Of a stretch of 64,000 nt of DNA, positions 14,491-27,499 are shown piece by piece. The position numbers and the translations under genes are program-made. The notes below the pieces were generated by a model, which was given only the letters and a program-made list of their open reading frames with translations, was not told where the DNA came from and searched no databases. The DNA comes from the human T2T-CHM13v2.0 reference genome, Homo sapiens, in assembly GCF_009914755.1 (NCBI RefSeq), contig NC_060925.1. One strand, given 5' to 3'. Numbering within the stretch: position 1 is the first letter of the stretch; each line of letters begins with the position of its first letter.

Positions 14491-14648
14491 ATTTATTTTT
14501 ATTTATTTAGAGATAGGGTCTTACTGTGTCACCCAGCTAGAGTGCAGTGGCACTTTCATGGCTAACTGTAGCCTCAAACTCCTGGACTCAAGCAATCGTC
14601 TTGTCTCAGCCTCTGGAGTAGTGTAGTTGGTTCAACAGGCGTTAGCCT
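14491..14648 (-). mobile_element. Alu right monomer (FRAM/AluJ fragment)
   Basis: 'gagatagggtcttact...ctcaagcaatc'; flanked by aagtgat repeats. Confidence 0.75.
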
Positions 14649-14769
14649 AAAGTGATATTTTTTCCATTGCAAAGCAATTACTTATCTACTGACTGTTGTC
14701 TTAAAGCTGATAATATGTACTTAATCAAAAAACAGGTGTGCTTCTTATGTCAGAGTTCTTGGCAAAGCC

Positions 14770-15100
14770 TTTCAATCTCATGAAATTTCTGTGTGTGTGT
14801 GTTTCTTTGATAATTAACTCCCCTCTGCCTTCTCTGTTCTCTCTTTCTGGAACTCCTATTAGTTAAATTTTCTGCTTTTTCTCTTCTATTTTTCTTTTTC
14901 TTCCGCTTTCTGGTATGCTTTTATTAGCATAATCTTTCAACTGCTCTCTTGAATGTACGGTATAGAATTTTTCATGTTCTTATCTTCTCTATATCATATT
15001 CTCTGTTTTTTATAGCATCTCTTTCTTCATTAATACACTATCTTTTAACTCTGAGACCCATAATTTCATAATTTCATGAGATTTTATTCCTGTCTTTCAT
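14770..15100 (-). mobile_element. HAL1/L1M fragment
   Basis: 'tttctttgataatt..tcccctct...ctctttctggaactcctatt' matches old L1/HAL1 ORF1-region antisense. Confidence 0.5.
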
Positions 15101-15473
15101 CTTCTTAGTTTCTTTCTGTCTTTGTTCAGGCTGCTATAGCAAAGTAGCATACACTAAGTGGCTTACAAACAACAGAAATTAATTTCTCATAGTTCTGGAG
15201 GTGAAAGTCCTAGATCAATCTGTCAGCATGGCCAGGTTCTGGCAAGAACCCTCTTCTGGGTTGGAGAATGCCATCTTCTTGTATCCTCACATAGCAGAAA
15301 AAGGAGGAGAGAGCTCTCTGGGGTTTCTTTTATAAGGGCACTAATTCCACTTATGAAGGATCTACCCTCATGATCTAATTACTTCCCAAAGGCCCCGCCT
15401 CCTAACACCATCATATTGGGGTTAGGATTTTGACATATGAATTTGGGGAGAGATAAACATTCAGTCCATTGCA
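15101..15473 (-). mobile_element. MLT1A-type MaLR solo LTR
   Basis: 'ggctgctatagcaaa...aacaacagaaattaatttctcatagttctggagg...acatatgaattt...aaacattcagtccattgca'. Confidence 0.88.
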
Positions 15474-15599
15474 TTTCTCAATTTCTTCCTTTTTTTGTTT
15501 CTTTGTTTTGATATTACTTTTCATGTTACATCATTTCTCCACATGTCTGATGATTCTTGGTTCTCTCTTTATATTCAAGAGTGAGTCACTAAAAATAAG

Positions 15600-16475
15600 A
15601 CTAGAACCAGAAACAAAGTTAAAAAGAAAAATTACCAAACAGAGAAAATATTTCTTATATATGATACAATAATGGTCCATGTTTACATATCTAAAAGTCA
15701 TGAAGACATCAATAAGAAAGGACAACTGTCCCAATAAAAATAAATAAATGCTATAGATAACCAATTTTCAAAATATCAGTAGTTAGCAACATTTCAAAAT
15801 GTTACAATAGTGATAAAGTATACATGTAAACAATAGGATGTCATATTTAGCATCAAATTGTTAAGGATTTTTGTTTGTCTGTTTTTTGGGGGTGTTCTTT
15901 AGTGATGATTCCAAATATTGGCAAGGATGGGAAAAGGATACTCTCATACATTGCTGATAGAACTATAAATTGAGAAAGATGTTCAGGAGAACAATTAAGC
16001 TAAATTCAGTGAAGCTTTGAAAAATAGTGTGCCCTTGGAGCCAGCAATTCTACTTCTAATAATCTTAAAGAAATAATCATGTTTGCAGAGATCTATGTTT
16101 ATTTCAGTGTTGTTTAGGATACTGAAGAATGGACACAATACAAATGTCTAACATCAAGGGACTAACAAGATAAATTATAGTTATACCCACCTAAGAAATA
16201 CGCTTCAGCTATAGGGAAAAATGTTATTGCAATATATTTAGTGACAAGTAAAGATGTTAATGATACATTATTAAGTCAAAAAATGTGATAGAAGATTGTA
16301 TCAAAATAGAGATCTATTGAAAATATTTATGAAATATACATATATAGAAAACACCTAGATGATATATGTAACCATTATTGTTTATAAAAGATGGAAATAC
16401 AGTTGATATTTTCTTCTTCATGATTTTATATAATTTTCAGATTACTTAAAATAAACATAATACTGTGTGTATAAT
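15600..16475 (+). mobile_element. Old L1 (L1ME) 3' region
   Basis: 'ctctcatacattgctgatag', 'ccagcaattctacttcta', 'caaatgtctaaca'. Confidence 0.65.
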
Positions 16476-16559
16476 AAAACAAATTCTGAGGAGAGACAGA
16501 GAGTAAAAATGGATTTAAGATCTCTAAGAATGTTTATAGGGTGGGAGTTGGGGATTTTT

Positions 16560-17290
16560 GGTTCAGCTGGCTTTATCATAGAGTGACAAGATAGATACAG
16601 TCATTTTATGAGAGAACCACACATACCAGTATCTGCAAGCATGCTGGGCCCATGTATCTCTTTCTACAAGGAGCAATCTTCTAATCATTTTCTGGGGGAG
16701 TATAAGATTGGCAGTGAGTATTCTGGGAACCAGGGGGCTCACCATAATTGTCACTTAATTGTCCCTATTTCCAGCCTGGCATTTCCCCCACTATCTTCCG
16801 TGACTAGGTGCTCAAGTAGAGCCTTCCAGGTTAAATTTCCCCGAAGAAGAGCCTCCATTCTCCTGCCTAGGTGAAGAAGGGTTAATTGACTGGTGGTGAG
16901 AGATAGAAAGAGGATTGGAAATCTAACTCTTCTTTACACAGATTTTTTAACGAATCCTATTTTAAGCCCCATACTTCCTCTAACTTCAGAGTACCTACTG
17001 CCTCCAAATTTCTAAATGTTTACAGGGTTCTGAAATTGACATTAACTCATTTCTTGTGCCTCCCTCCTCAATATTCTTTCTGGGCTCTGATAAATAATTA
17101 CCAGTCATTCGTCTATTTCCAGATTCCAAAATTTTGTTGGCATTTCTTATTTGGTGGGATCATCTTTCTTGTTCTCTCCTCCTTGTTGATTTGTATCCTT
17201 CTATTTTTTCTACTCTCATTTTAATAAAGTTTCAGAAGCAGCAGAGATAAATATTTGCATTCAATGTGGTACATTTAACAGGAAGTCCCA
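16560..17290 (-). mobile_element. HAL1/L1M 5'-region-like fragment
   Basis: 'ttccagattccaaaattttgttggcatttct', ending 'tttaacaggaagtc'. Confidence 0.4.
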
Positions 17291-17750
17291 TGGATATTTA
17301 TACATTTTGCTCCTATTCATAAATAACATTGGGCACAGATGTCTCACATAAGAAGCTTCAAGGGTTTGGCAAGGCAACTTAATGCTAACTTGGTGAAGAG
17401 GATACACATGATGTCACTTGTATTCACCTGACCTAGCTAGGAGCTGGGACATGAAGATATTTCTTCCCTGATTAGTCTAGCCATGGGGAGGAATATGTAA
17501 AAAGCACATGGCAAAAACAATATGCCAATTTCTCTATAATAAAATGTTGTGCTTGGATAGGAAGGAAATTGCAGCTGTTCTGTACAGATGGCAAATAGCT
17601 GACTGCTTTTTAGCAGGATTCAGTGAAATATCTAAAGTGAATAGGCACATCGAGAGAGAGATGTGTGAGCTAAGTTCCTACTTCCCATTTGTTTCAAAAA
17701 AAATCCCTGGATAGTTAATATTTATTTAGATTTTTTTTAATGAAAATTTT

Positions 17751-17877
17751 CCAGGCATGATGGTTCATGCCTGTAATCCCAGTGCTTTGGGAGGCTGAGG
17801 TGGGAGGATTGCTTGAGGCCAGGAGTTTAAGACCAACTTGGATAATACAGCGAGACCACTAACCTCCTACAAAATAA
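17751..17877 (+). mobile_element. FLAM / Alu left monomer
   Basis: 'gcctgtaatcccagtgctttgggaggctgaggtgggaggattgcttgaggccaggag'. Confidence 0.85.
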
Positions 17878-18359
17878 GTGAAAGGTTTCCCCCAAACCAC
17901 TGACCCAAGTAAAGAATTCCCAAAACCCAATTTGCTAAGTATTGTGTCCCAAGATGCTCTTGGACTTACCCAAGATAGATTAGATTTTTTAGAATTATCT
18001 CTGTATCGCCTGTACAGAGATAATTCTGTATCATCATCATGACCACATAAAAGTAATGAGGTCAGATGTCTACATGTGAATAGGTGTGTGTTTGTCTGCA
18101 TACATGTGCATATATGCTGTTTACTACTATTTTATTGCATTCACTTTGCCTCCACATCTACAAAATTAGAATTTTCTTAAGGGGAGGGATAATGACTATT
18201 CTTCAAAATTCTTATTTTTTTATGGCTAAACATATAGTAGGAATTCAATAAATACTTGATTATTTACTGATGTACTACATTGTTGAAAAGGGATGTTTGG
18301 ACCCTCAGTAACACCAAGAGTATATCTGGATCTATGTGACATAAAAACAAGTTGACTGA

Positions 18360-18673
18360 GGAAAATGTTATAATAGTTAAGAATTATCAGTGAAATCAAC
18401 CAGTCACAAAAGGACAAATTCTATATGATTCCATTTCTGTGAGGTACCCAGAGTAGTCAAACTGATAGAGACAGAAAGCAGGATGGTGGGCAGGGGCTGA
18501 GAGGTGAGAAGGAAATGGAGAATTAGAGGGAAGATAGAAAAGTTCTGGAAATGAATGACAGTGATGGTCACACAATAGTGTGAAATTACTTAATGCCACA
18601 GAACTGTATATTTAAAAATAGTTAAATTGTTGAGTTGTATGTTGTGTGTATTTTACCCACAATTAAAAAAAAA
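18360..18673 (+). mobile_element. L1MB-type 3' end
   Basis: 'ccagtcacaaaaggacaaattctatatgattcca...aaagttctgga...ttaatgccac' ending in A tail. Confidence 0.8.
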
Positions 18674-20386
18674 TTGTCAATAGCTTAGGAGGATTTTTAG
18701 TACCAGGAATGCCTGGAATCCTAGAAAGATCATGTTGTTCACCAAGGTAATTTCAGCCTCATGAATCTCTAGGTCATTGGATCAGATCCACTGGGGGCTG
18801 GTGAAATGAAAACTCATATCTGAATAAAACAGAAAGAGAGCTTACTTCTTGCACATTTCCTAGAGTCTGTTCTCTGTCCGTGTTACTCTATCATTTAACC
18901 TTTTTGAGGTAAAGTTAAAATGGGTATTCTTAAGCTTTCAGAAACTGTTCACTGCTTGAGATTTCTAGCAAGTTCCACCCAAGGAGTGAGCCCACATCAC
19001 ATTTGTACAAATGTGTTCTTGCTGGATTGGCAGCTGAGGATAGGGCATTGGGTTGGGAGTTGAAGGAAGCAGATTTCAGCTATAGAGCTCCTGATGTGAA
19101 GAGACTTGTTTCTATGGCATTTTGTTCTCCAAGTCTCCAGACTTTTTCTTTTTCTCTTGTGATTTTTTTATCCTATGGAACATCCAAGAGCAGTGTAATC
19201 CATTCAAGGGCACAGCCCTGAGGCCACTGAGATATTTGCTAAGTGGGTTGTGGCATGACTTACATGTTTACAATTGGAAGAGCCAGCAGTAGGGGGTCTG
19301 CCTATGTCATGAGGTTCTAGAAATGTCCCCGACTTGGATTTGGGAAATCATCCATGGCATGGTGAGACATGCTCAAGTGTCATCTGGGAGACCACAGGAA
19401 ACTCTGCTCATTGAACAGCACATCATGAGTTGTGGTCTTAGTGTGACCTACAGCAAAATCCCAATTGTGGGCAAGGTTGAAAGCAAGAATTTAAAGCAGG
19501 AAGAAAGCATAAGGCTGGCTAGAGGGAGGGGCTAGAGTCTCAAGCTACGAACAATATGAAGGTGTCAGAGGCCCACAGTTGGTTTTGGTTGGGAGCAGAC
19601 ATAGCTGATGAGGTAGACATGATGTCTTAAAGTTGCTGGTCCAGATCAAATAACACGGAGCAAAGCAAATTATAGAGATGGAAGTGAGCTAGTAAATACC
19701 ATGTGGCCACATAATATACAAGTGTCATAACACGGATGAAAAGGAGAAAGTTCACTTAATTAACCAGATGTCTTATCTACAGGAAACCAAACCTCTGCCT
19801 ACATGAAAATGTTCGAGTCATTAATTAAATTTTTCATGTTCCTCCGGCGATACAGAGAGAGCCTGAGAAATTATATGATAAGAAGAGAGAACAAAGAACT
19901 AGAATTTCCCTTTTCAGAATGATTTTTATCACTTTTTTTTGTCTGAGTCTTATGTCTGCCCTCTCATCTTCGGTACTTGATTAACTAAAGGTCACTTCCT
20001 GGTTTCACATTGCCAGAGCTCTCACTGGACTTCCTCCCGGGTCGAACTCCTCGGTGCTTCTTGCCTAACTGAATTTTCTCCAACACGGTCTCCTTGCACC
20101 ATTATTTTGTCCATTTATCTGCCCTCAGAACACCCTCCAAAGCCTTCTTAACTTTCTGAGAGCCTGGGCCTAAGGCCCATCCAAGGAGGCCCTTCATTCC
20201 CAAGGGGAAAGGGGGTGGAATAAAAGAACATATATTTGCAAATAATAAAGAAACAGGGAGTCATTTCTGACATGTTTGCTTGGGGAACAAAAATTAGCTA
20301 TCTCATAGCTAAAGGTTAAAGGACTCAAAGACCCCATTCTTTATAACCCTTTGAAGACAGTTTGGAGCTAGGAAAAGAAAAAAAAA

Positions 20387-20388
<2 letters not shown>

Positions 20389-20425
<37 letters not shown>

Positions 20426-20434
20426 ACACACACA
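20389..20434. repeat. (CA)n microsatellite
   Basis: Direct reading. Confidence 0.95.
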
Positions 20435-21009
20435 TGAAGAATATCTAATTTTGTGAATGTCATTTTCAAATTCAAGTCTCAAATGTTCCCTGAGGCTAGT
20501 GGATTGCAAAGGCAGCACAGTGATGAAAACTTAATAAAATACCCAGAAAGATCATAGATCACACTGGCTCATCAGCTGTCATAGGTAAGGAAAAAATAAT
20601 GACATTAGTCTAATATTTAGGAAGTTCTTGGCCATGTTTCATTCTCTGCAATGACAGCTACCCTGGCTTCAAACTTCATCACTGTCCACCATGAGCTCAT
20701 CTGCGGTCTCTGGTCATTTCTGCCATACACTTTCTTCTTTCTGCCTCTGTTTAAAAAATGTGTTTAACCACAAAATCTATGCATGTCGATGTCTTTATGT
20801 CATGACTTTAGTCATTTCCCATTCCAGGCTCTCATCTTTTCCAGCCCATTTCCTCTGCCACCAGTTATACCAGAAATATGGGTTTATATAAATGGCATCT
20901 ATTAAGACATTCCCTGGCTTCCTCATTCCTGTAGGACAGGCTGAAGCCCTTTGAATGGAATACAAAGACTTTGCAATAGAAACTGACTTATTTTACAGCC
21001 TCACTTCTT

Positions 21010-21410
21010 GTCACTGTGCCTCTGACCTTTTTTGTCCTCTTGCCCCCACCTTTACCATGATCCATGTTGCCACAATCACAAACATGTGGGACTCATTGAC
21101 TTCTCCATGCTTTAGCATGTGCTTTTCTGGAATGCCCTCTCTCTTTTTCTCCTTGTGATCAAAGATGATTTGGCCTCCACTGCTTTCAAGTGTCCTCATC
21201 TCAGAAGTCTTTCCTAAATTTATGCTGGGATAATTGCTTTGATCTCCAGAGATACGGTATCATACTGGAACTGTTGTTAGCACATCTGGGATCTACTCCT
21301 AGTCCCGTCTTTACTCAAAGACACACTGAACTGAGAACTCCTCACTTTTGCACCCCCTTTTGTTTTACAGTGCTTGACACCATGTGCTCAATTAATGTTA
21401 AATGAAGAAA
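21010..21410 (+). mobile_element. L2 fragment
   Basis: 'tttctggaatgccct', tail 'tgctcaattaatgttaaatgaa'. Confidence 0.5.
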
Positions 21411-24400
21411 AGAATAATGAAGAAATGGGACACAATCAACCCAAAAGGAGTGGAAAGGCTGTGTGTTGTCTTCATCTGAGCAAAGCTTGTCTTGGCATCA
21501 GGTGCTGGATACACACCCCTTATGCCTTCTCTCAGAGCTCCCAGAACAACTTACTTTGAGAGATTAGTCCATCATTGACTTATTTCCTGCTTGATTTCCT
21601 ACTTGAAGTTCATTTCCTCATTGTACTTTCTATGTGTATGTATATCTAGTGTGACCTCAATTTTTCATTTGAAGGTAATGACCTCCCTAAAGGAGGCTGG
21701 AAAACCTTCCCATCTTATCCCATAAACACCCATTCTCAGAAGTCCAGGATCAGCAGGTATTACTTCTCCAAAGTCCACATCCTGAGAAAGTCACAAGAAC
21801 AAATTTATCAGTCTTCTTCTGCCTTGCTCTTGGGAGCGTTTGTTAACACAATTTTCTAGAAAGGAACTTAGAAAACTGTATCCAGAGTCTTCAAAACCTT
21901 CCATCGTTTGATTCAGCAATCTCACTTCAGTGATGGGAGAAAATATATATTCATAGGTGCTCATCTCAGAATTATTTATATTAGAAAACAATTTAAGGTA
22001 ATGGTTTAAGTAATGGCACAAGCATTAGTCAGTAAAAATTATATCTTAGAAAAATATTTAATGACATTCCCACAATGGTCAGGTTAACCTGTTAATGAAA
22101 AAACAAACACCATCACTACTATTTTTTCCATCCTCATAGCTGCCAATGTAAAATAGTTGGAGGCTTTTTCTTTTTGACCCCAGGCATAGCCTCATCCTGA
22201 ACAGTGGAAGAGAAGACCCTGCTCAGTCAGCTGATTTAAGCCTAAAGCTCACAAGATTACTCTAAGCTACTCCAATGACCCCTTTCTACCTTTCTGCCTC
22301 CACACTGGGACACTATGGCTCCCTGGGGTGTGCCCTGAGGTGCACACCCCTCTGCTGGTTCTGCAAAGTACCCTGTCACCTGCTGCTATACTCCTGATAT
22401 TCCTGAAAGATGAAACAGGTGTTTGCTCCCAGCCTGAATCAAGTTTGCATTCCTGCTTCCAAGAGCCAGAAGAGTACTGCCAGACCACTGCTTTCCCAAA
22501 GCCTTGAAACTGACCCTGCCCACTCTGGCCCCGCTTTGCCTCCAGACAAAGGAGCCTGTACCATCTACTTCCAGGACACAGGGTGCACCTGACACCCTAA
22601 CATGCACCTCTGAATCTTACTACCCAAATGTTCTCTAGGGAGAAATTTAAAAGCTGAGATGATGGAAGAAAGATTAAAAGTAGTCTCATTCCTGCCATAG
22701 GAATCTCTACCCTCTGTCCCAGGTACTGTTTTTCTGGTGGCATTTTCCCTATCTTTGAGCCTGCTGGGTTCCTTCCCAGAAGGGGTGAAGTAAGGGATGA
22801 ATGTGGGTCCACATGATTCTGATGGTATTTTCTTCTCATTCCTGCACATTCTCCTCCTCCAGGAAAAACATCCAAAGTTAATGACAGTTGGTCACCTAAA
22901 CAGAGAAGAGGGTGGACACAATTAAATACAGATGCCCTGACCCAGCCTGTTCTCTGAAAGAAAAAGCGGGGATTTTGTTTTGAATATTTGAAAGAGGTCA
23001 ATGTCGCAGTATAATCCATCGCCTCTCCAGTTTCTGGTTCCCAAAGCAGAGAGAGTTGGAAAATCACAGGGCTTTATGGCCCAGGGTCAGAGAATAATGA
23101 CTCTATTCTTTTTTCATTATCACTTGTCCCATATTTTGGGAATCATTTCAGGTGCTTTGTATGTCACACTTTTCCAATATTCTCTCCTCTTATGGCGGTA
23201 TTTCTTAGGAAAGTCTCCCCCTGGAGAAAAATTGCTATGTGCCCCCCTCCACGTGCTTCCTTATCTGGTGTAGCTGTCCCTCTATACCCATTTTCTCCAG
23301 CTTGACAGACATGGTGTCACGAGTTTCTTTTATCTGTAACAGGCCTGCTATGACACTGATGGCCTGAGCCACCAGATAGGCAGTATATTTGTGTCTTCAG
23401 GCTTTTGAAACTTAAACTAATGACATGATTACCTACTTGTCACCAGCTCCTGAGGTCCCAGCACACCTCCCTGGCTTCTGTGCGCTGCAGGTGAATAACA
23501 GTTGTAATAATATTATGGAGTCAAACCCTCTCTTCATTGTGAGGTTCCCAGGGAGCTGGAGCTGTCCAGCCAACATGCATCTTACGAGGTGGTCCCTTTC
23601 ATCAATATCAGGGTAGAAGCAGAGACAAAGGACAGAGAAAGCCTACTCAAAGAGCATTCAGGGAACATTTAGGGGGTAAAAAATGTCCGGGGGAAAGGTG
23701 TATGAGGTGGTTAAATCTTGACGAGGTCTCTGTGTAGATTCCAGGAAAGGTGTTCATGAGGTGATGGGGGTGAGGGTGGGGGTGGGAGCAGGAGCAGGAA
23801 CAGGAGCACTGGATGTGTGTCTTGTCTTTCCAGAATGGATCTCAAGTGACTGTCATTAGAATGTAGCAATATATTTAGGCTGAAGATAGTCTCCAGAGAG
23901 AGCTATTATAATTCATTGTATTATTTCTTATTAAACAGTAGAGTTACAAGAAGTAATAAAGCTGGAATGAAGTCACCTTTCAAAAACAAGGACACTTTTC
24001 CCCACCTGCCCCCATACAGTAAGTAGTGGTGTCTGCTTCTTCAGTTTGTGATTTGCAAAGTATGTTTTTGGGAATTGCAACTTGAGTTCTACTATCCCCT
24101 TCTTCACTCTTTCTAGGTCCCAGATAAGAGAGGCTTTACCAACAGATTCTGGAAACACAGGTAGCACAGTGCATCTGTTGGTAGAGCCTCTCTTATCTGT
24201 TTGAAGAAGTAACATGATTCCCTTTGTATTTCCCTGTCTGAGTGAATCATTTTTGAGCCCAGGATTCTTTAGAAATTCTCCCACTTCAATGATTTCAATT
24301 TCTAAACATTTGTCAAGCTAGTACCACGGGTCATTCTTATGTAATTCACATGAAAAACATAAAGATGAATAACATGGTTCTCAGACTCAAGTAGTTTTGG

Positions 24401-24652
24401 AAAACCTGCCAAATGCAAAACAATAAACAACCTGATCCCAATTTTTCTCACAATTGTACCCATGGAGAAGTTCAAGAGAGCTTTAAAATACCTGGCAGCT
24501 AGAAGTTTCCCATGGAGATATTGACAGTATGGTGATCATGGTTGCAGCTAACTTAAATAATAACTTATCATTGTATATCACTTATTTGATTTTGATTTTA
24601 TAAAATATTCTTTCATATTTTATGAACCTCAGCCCTATAAGCCTCCTTCTAA

Positions 24653-24715
24653 ATGTAGTACCTTGTTTGTGCTTTGGTTCATTGTGCTTTGCTTTATTGT
24701 GCTTTGTAGATATTG

Positions 24716-24757
<42 letters not shown>

Positions 24758-27179
24758 GATTGAAGGCTAGTAGCAATCCTGAGTTACGCACATCTATTCG
24801 TGCCATTTTTCCAACAGTATATGCTCACTTTGTGTCTATGTGTTACATGTTGGTAATTCTTACAATATTTCAAGCTTTTTCATTATTATATCTGTTGTTA
24901 TAGTGATCTGTAATCAGTGATCTTTCATGTTACTATTGACTGTTTCAGGACACCATGAAGTGAGTCCATATAAGATGGCAAACTTAATCCATAAATGTTG
25001 TATGTATACTTGCTTATCCACTGACTGGTCATTCCTTCTCCTCTGGCCTCTCCATTCCCACAGACAACAATATTGAAATTAGGGTAATTAATAACCCTAC
25101 AATGGTCTCTAGGTGAAAGGAAGAGTGAAAGGAAGCAAAGGGAAAGAAGTGGAAGGAAGAGTGGCATGTCCCTCACTTTAAATGAAAAGCTACAAATGAT
25201 GAAGCTTAGTGAGAAAGGCATGTCAAAAGCTGAGAGAGTCCTGAAGGTAGGCCCTTGCCAGTTAGCCAAGTTGTGAATGCAAATAAAAGTTCTTGAAGGA
25301 AATGAAAAGTGTTATTTCAGTGAACACACAAAGAAAATAAGAAAGCAAAACAGCCTTATTGCTGTTATGGAGAAAGTTTAAGCAATCTGAATAGAGCAAA
25401 CCAGCTACTACATTTCCTTAAGCCAAAGCCTATTCCAGAGCAAAGTCCTAACTCCCTTCAATTCTATGAGCCCTAACTATCTTTAATTCTATGAGAAAGG
25501 TGAGGAAGGTTGGAAAAGAGAAGTTGGAAGCTAGCAGAGTTTGCTTCCTGAGGTTTAAGGAAAGAAGCCATCTCCATAACATAAAGTGCAAGGTGTCATG
25601 CCATCACACGCCAGCCTGGGAGACTGAGCAAGATTCCATCTCAAAAACAAAACAAAACAAAAAAAGTGCAAGGTGAAGCAGCAAATGCTGATGGAGAAGC
25701 TGCAGCAAGTTATCCAGATCCAGCTAAGATCATTGATGAAGGTGGCTACACCAAAGAATAGATTTTCAGTGTGGACAAAACAGCCTTATTTTGGAAGAAG
25801 ATGACATCAGGGACTTTCATAGCTAGAGAGGAAAAGTCAATGCCTGGCTTCAAAGGACAGGCTGGCTCTCTTATTAGAGGCTAATGCAGCTGATGATTTT
25901 AATTTGAAACCAATGCTCACTTACCACTCCAAAAATTGTAGGGCCCTAAGAATTATGGTAGTCTACTCTGCCTGTGCTCTATAAGTGGAACAACAAAGGC
26001 TGGATGACAGCATATGTATTTATAGCATGGCTTACTCAATATTTAAGCCTATTGTGAGACCTACTGCTCAGAACAAAAAAAGATTCCTTTCAAAATATTA
26101 CTGTTCACTAACAAAGCACCTAGTCATGCAAGAGTTCTGATGGAAATATACAAGGAGATTAATGTTTTCGTGCCTGCTAACACAACATCTATCTGCAGCC
26201 AATGGATCAAGGGGTAATTTTGACTTTCAAGTCTTATTATTTAAGAAATACATTTTTGTAAGGCTATAGCTGCCATAGATAGTGATTTCTCTGATGGCTC
26301 TGGTAATGTAAGTTGAAAATCTTCTGGAAAGAATTCACCATTCTACATGCCATCAAGAACATTCATAATTCATGGGAAGAGGTAAAAATACATAGATTAA
26401 CAGGAGTTTGGAAAAATTTGATTCCAATCTTCATGAACGACTTTAAGGAGTCCAAGATTTTAATGGAAAAAGTGACTATAGGTATGGTAGAAATACCAAG
26501 AGAACTAGAGTTAGAAGAACTAGAGCCTGAAGAGGAGATTGAATTGCTGCAATCTCAACTCAAACTTGAACAGACGAAGAGTTGCTTCTTATGGATGAGC
26601 AAAAGAAAGTGGTCTCCTGATATGGAATCTACTTCTAGAGAAGACATTGTGAACATTGTTAAAATGACAATAAAGGATTTAGAATATTAAATTAACTTGG
26701 TTATTAAAGCAGCAGCAGCAGGGTGTGAGAGGATTGACTTCAATTTTGAATGAAGTTCCACTGTAAGTGAAATGCTATCAAACAGCATCACCTGCTACAG
26801 AAAGTTTTTTCCTGAAAGGAAGAGTCAATGAATGTACCAAACTTCATTGTTGCTTTATTTTAATAATTTGCCGCAGCCACTTCAACTTTTAGTAACTACC
26901 ATTTTGATCTGTCACTATCCATCAACATTGAGGCAATACTCTCCACCAGCAAAAAGGTTATGACTGGCTGAAGGCTGAGATAATTGTTAGTATTGTTCAG
27001 CAATAAGTATTTTTAGTTATATCATGTGAGTTGTTTTTAGACATAATGCTTTTGCACACTTAACAGACTACACTATAGCTTAAACATAACTTTTATATGC
27101 ACTGGGAAACCAAATCTCTGTGATTCAGTTTATTGCTGTGTCCTGGAACTGAGCCTGCAATATCTCCCAGGTATGCCTG
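24653..27179 (+). mobile_element. Tigger1 (pogo/Tc-mariner) DNA transposon, near full length, inactive
   Basis: Colinear with Tigger1 consensus from 'ttattgtgctttgtagatattg' to right TIR 'aggtatgcctg'; transposase remnants (ORF 26313-26690 FWKEFTILHAIKNIHNSWEEVK) with frameshifts. Confidence 0.95.
25596..25662 (+). mobile_element. Severely 5'-truncated Alu inserted in Tigger1
   Basis: Last ~47 nt of Alu plus (CAAAA)n tail; 13-bp TSD aaagtgcaaggtg at 25583-25595 and 25663-25675. Confidence 0.88.
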
Positions 27180-27499
27180 TGCTCTGTTCTCTGTTTGAGG
27201 TCTTCTTGTTATTCATTTCACGTGTTAATGCATTCACTCATTCACTCATGACCTACAAGAATGTGTTTCTTTACAAACTGCATTTTCTACTAGTGACTCG
27301 TCACCACTGAGCTTGAAGATGAGCTAACCATCCAGTATAAAGCACACGGATTTTATTTACATAATGGCAAATGCCCATTGGCTTAGCAGAAAATGCAAAA
27401 ATGTCTTTTGCTACAGAGAGAGAGTCCATGGCTTGAAAGGATTGAGGACTACTGTAATGGAAGGCACAAAAAGCCTGATTCTGTTCTTACTCAGAAACA

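Noticed and set aside
22597-23067. Longest ORF (156 aa, minus strand)
   Set aside because: No recognisable domain or exon structure; length compatible with chance
26313-26690. 125-aa ORF as a domesticated TIGD/CENP-B-like gene
   Set aside because: Fragment of a Tigger1 transposase that is frameshifted and interrupted by an Alu
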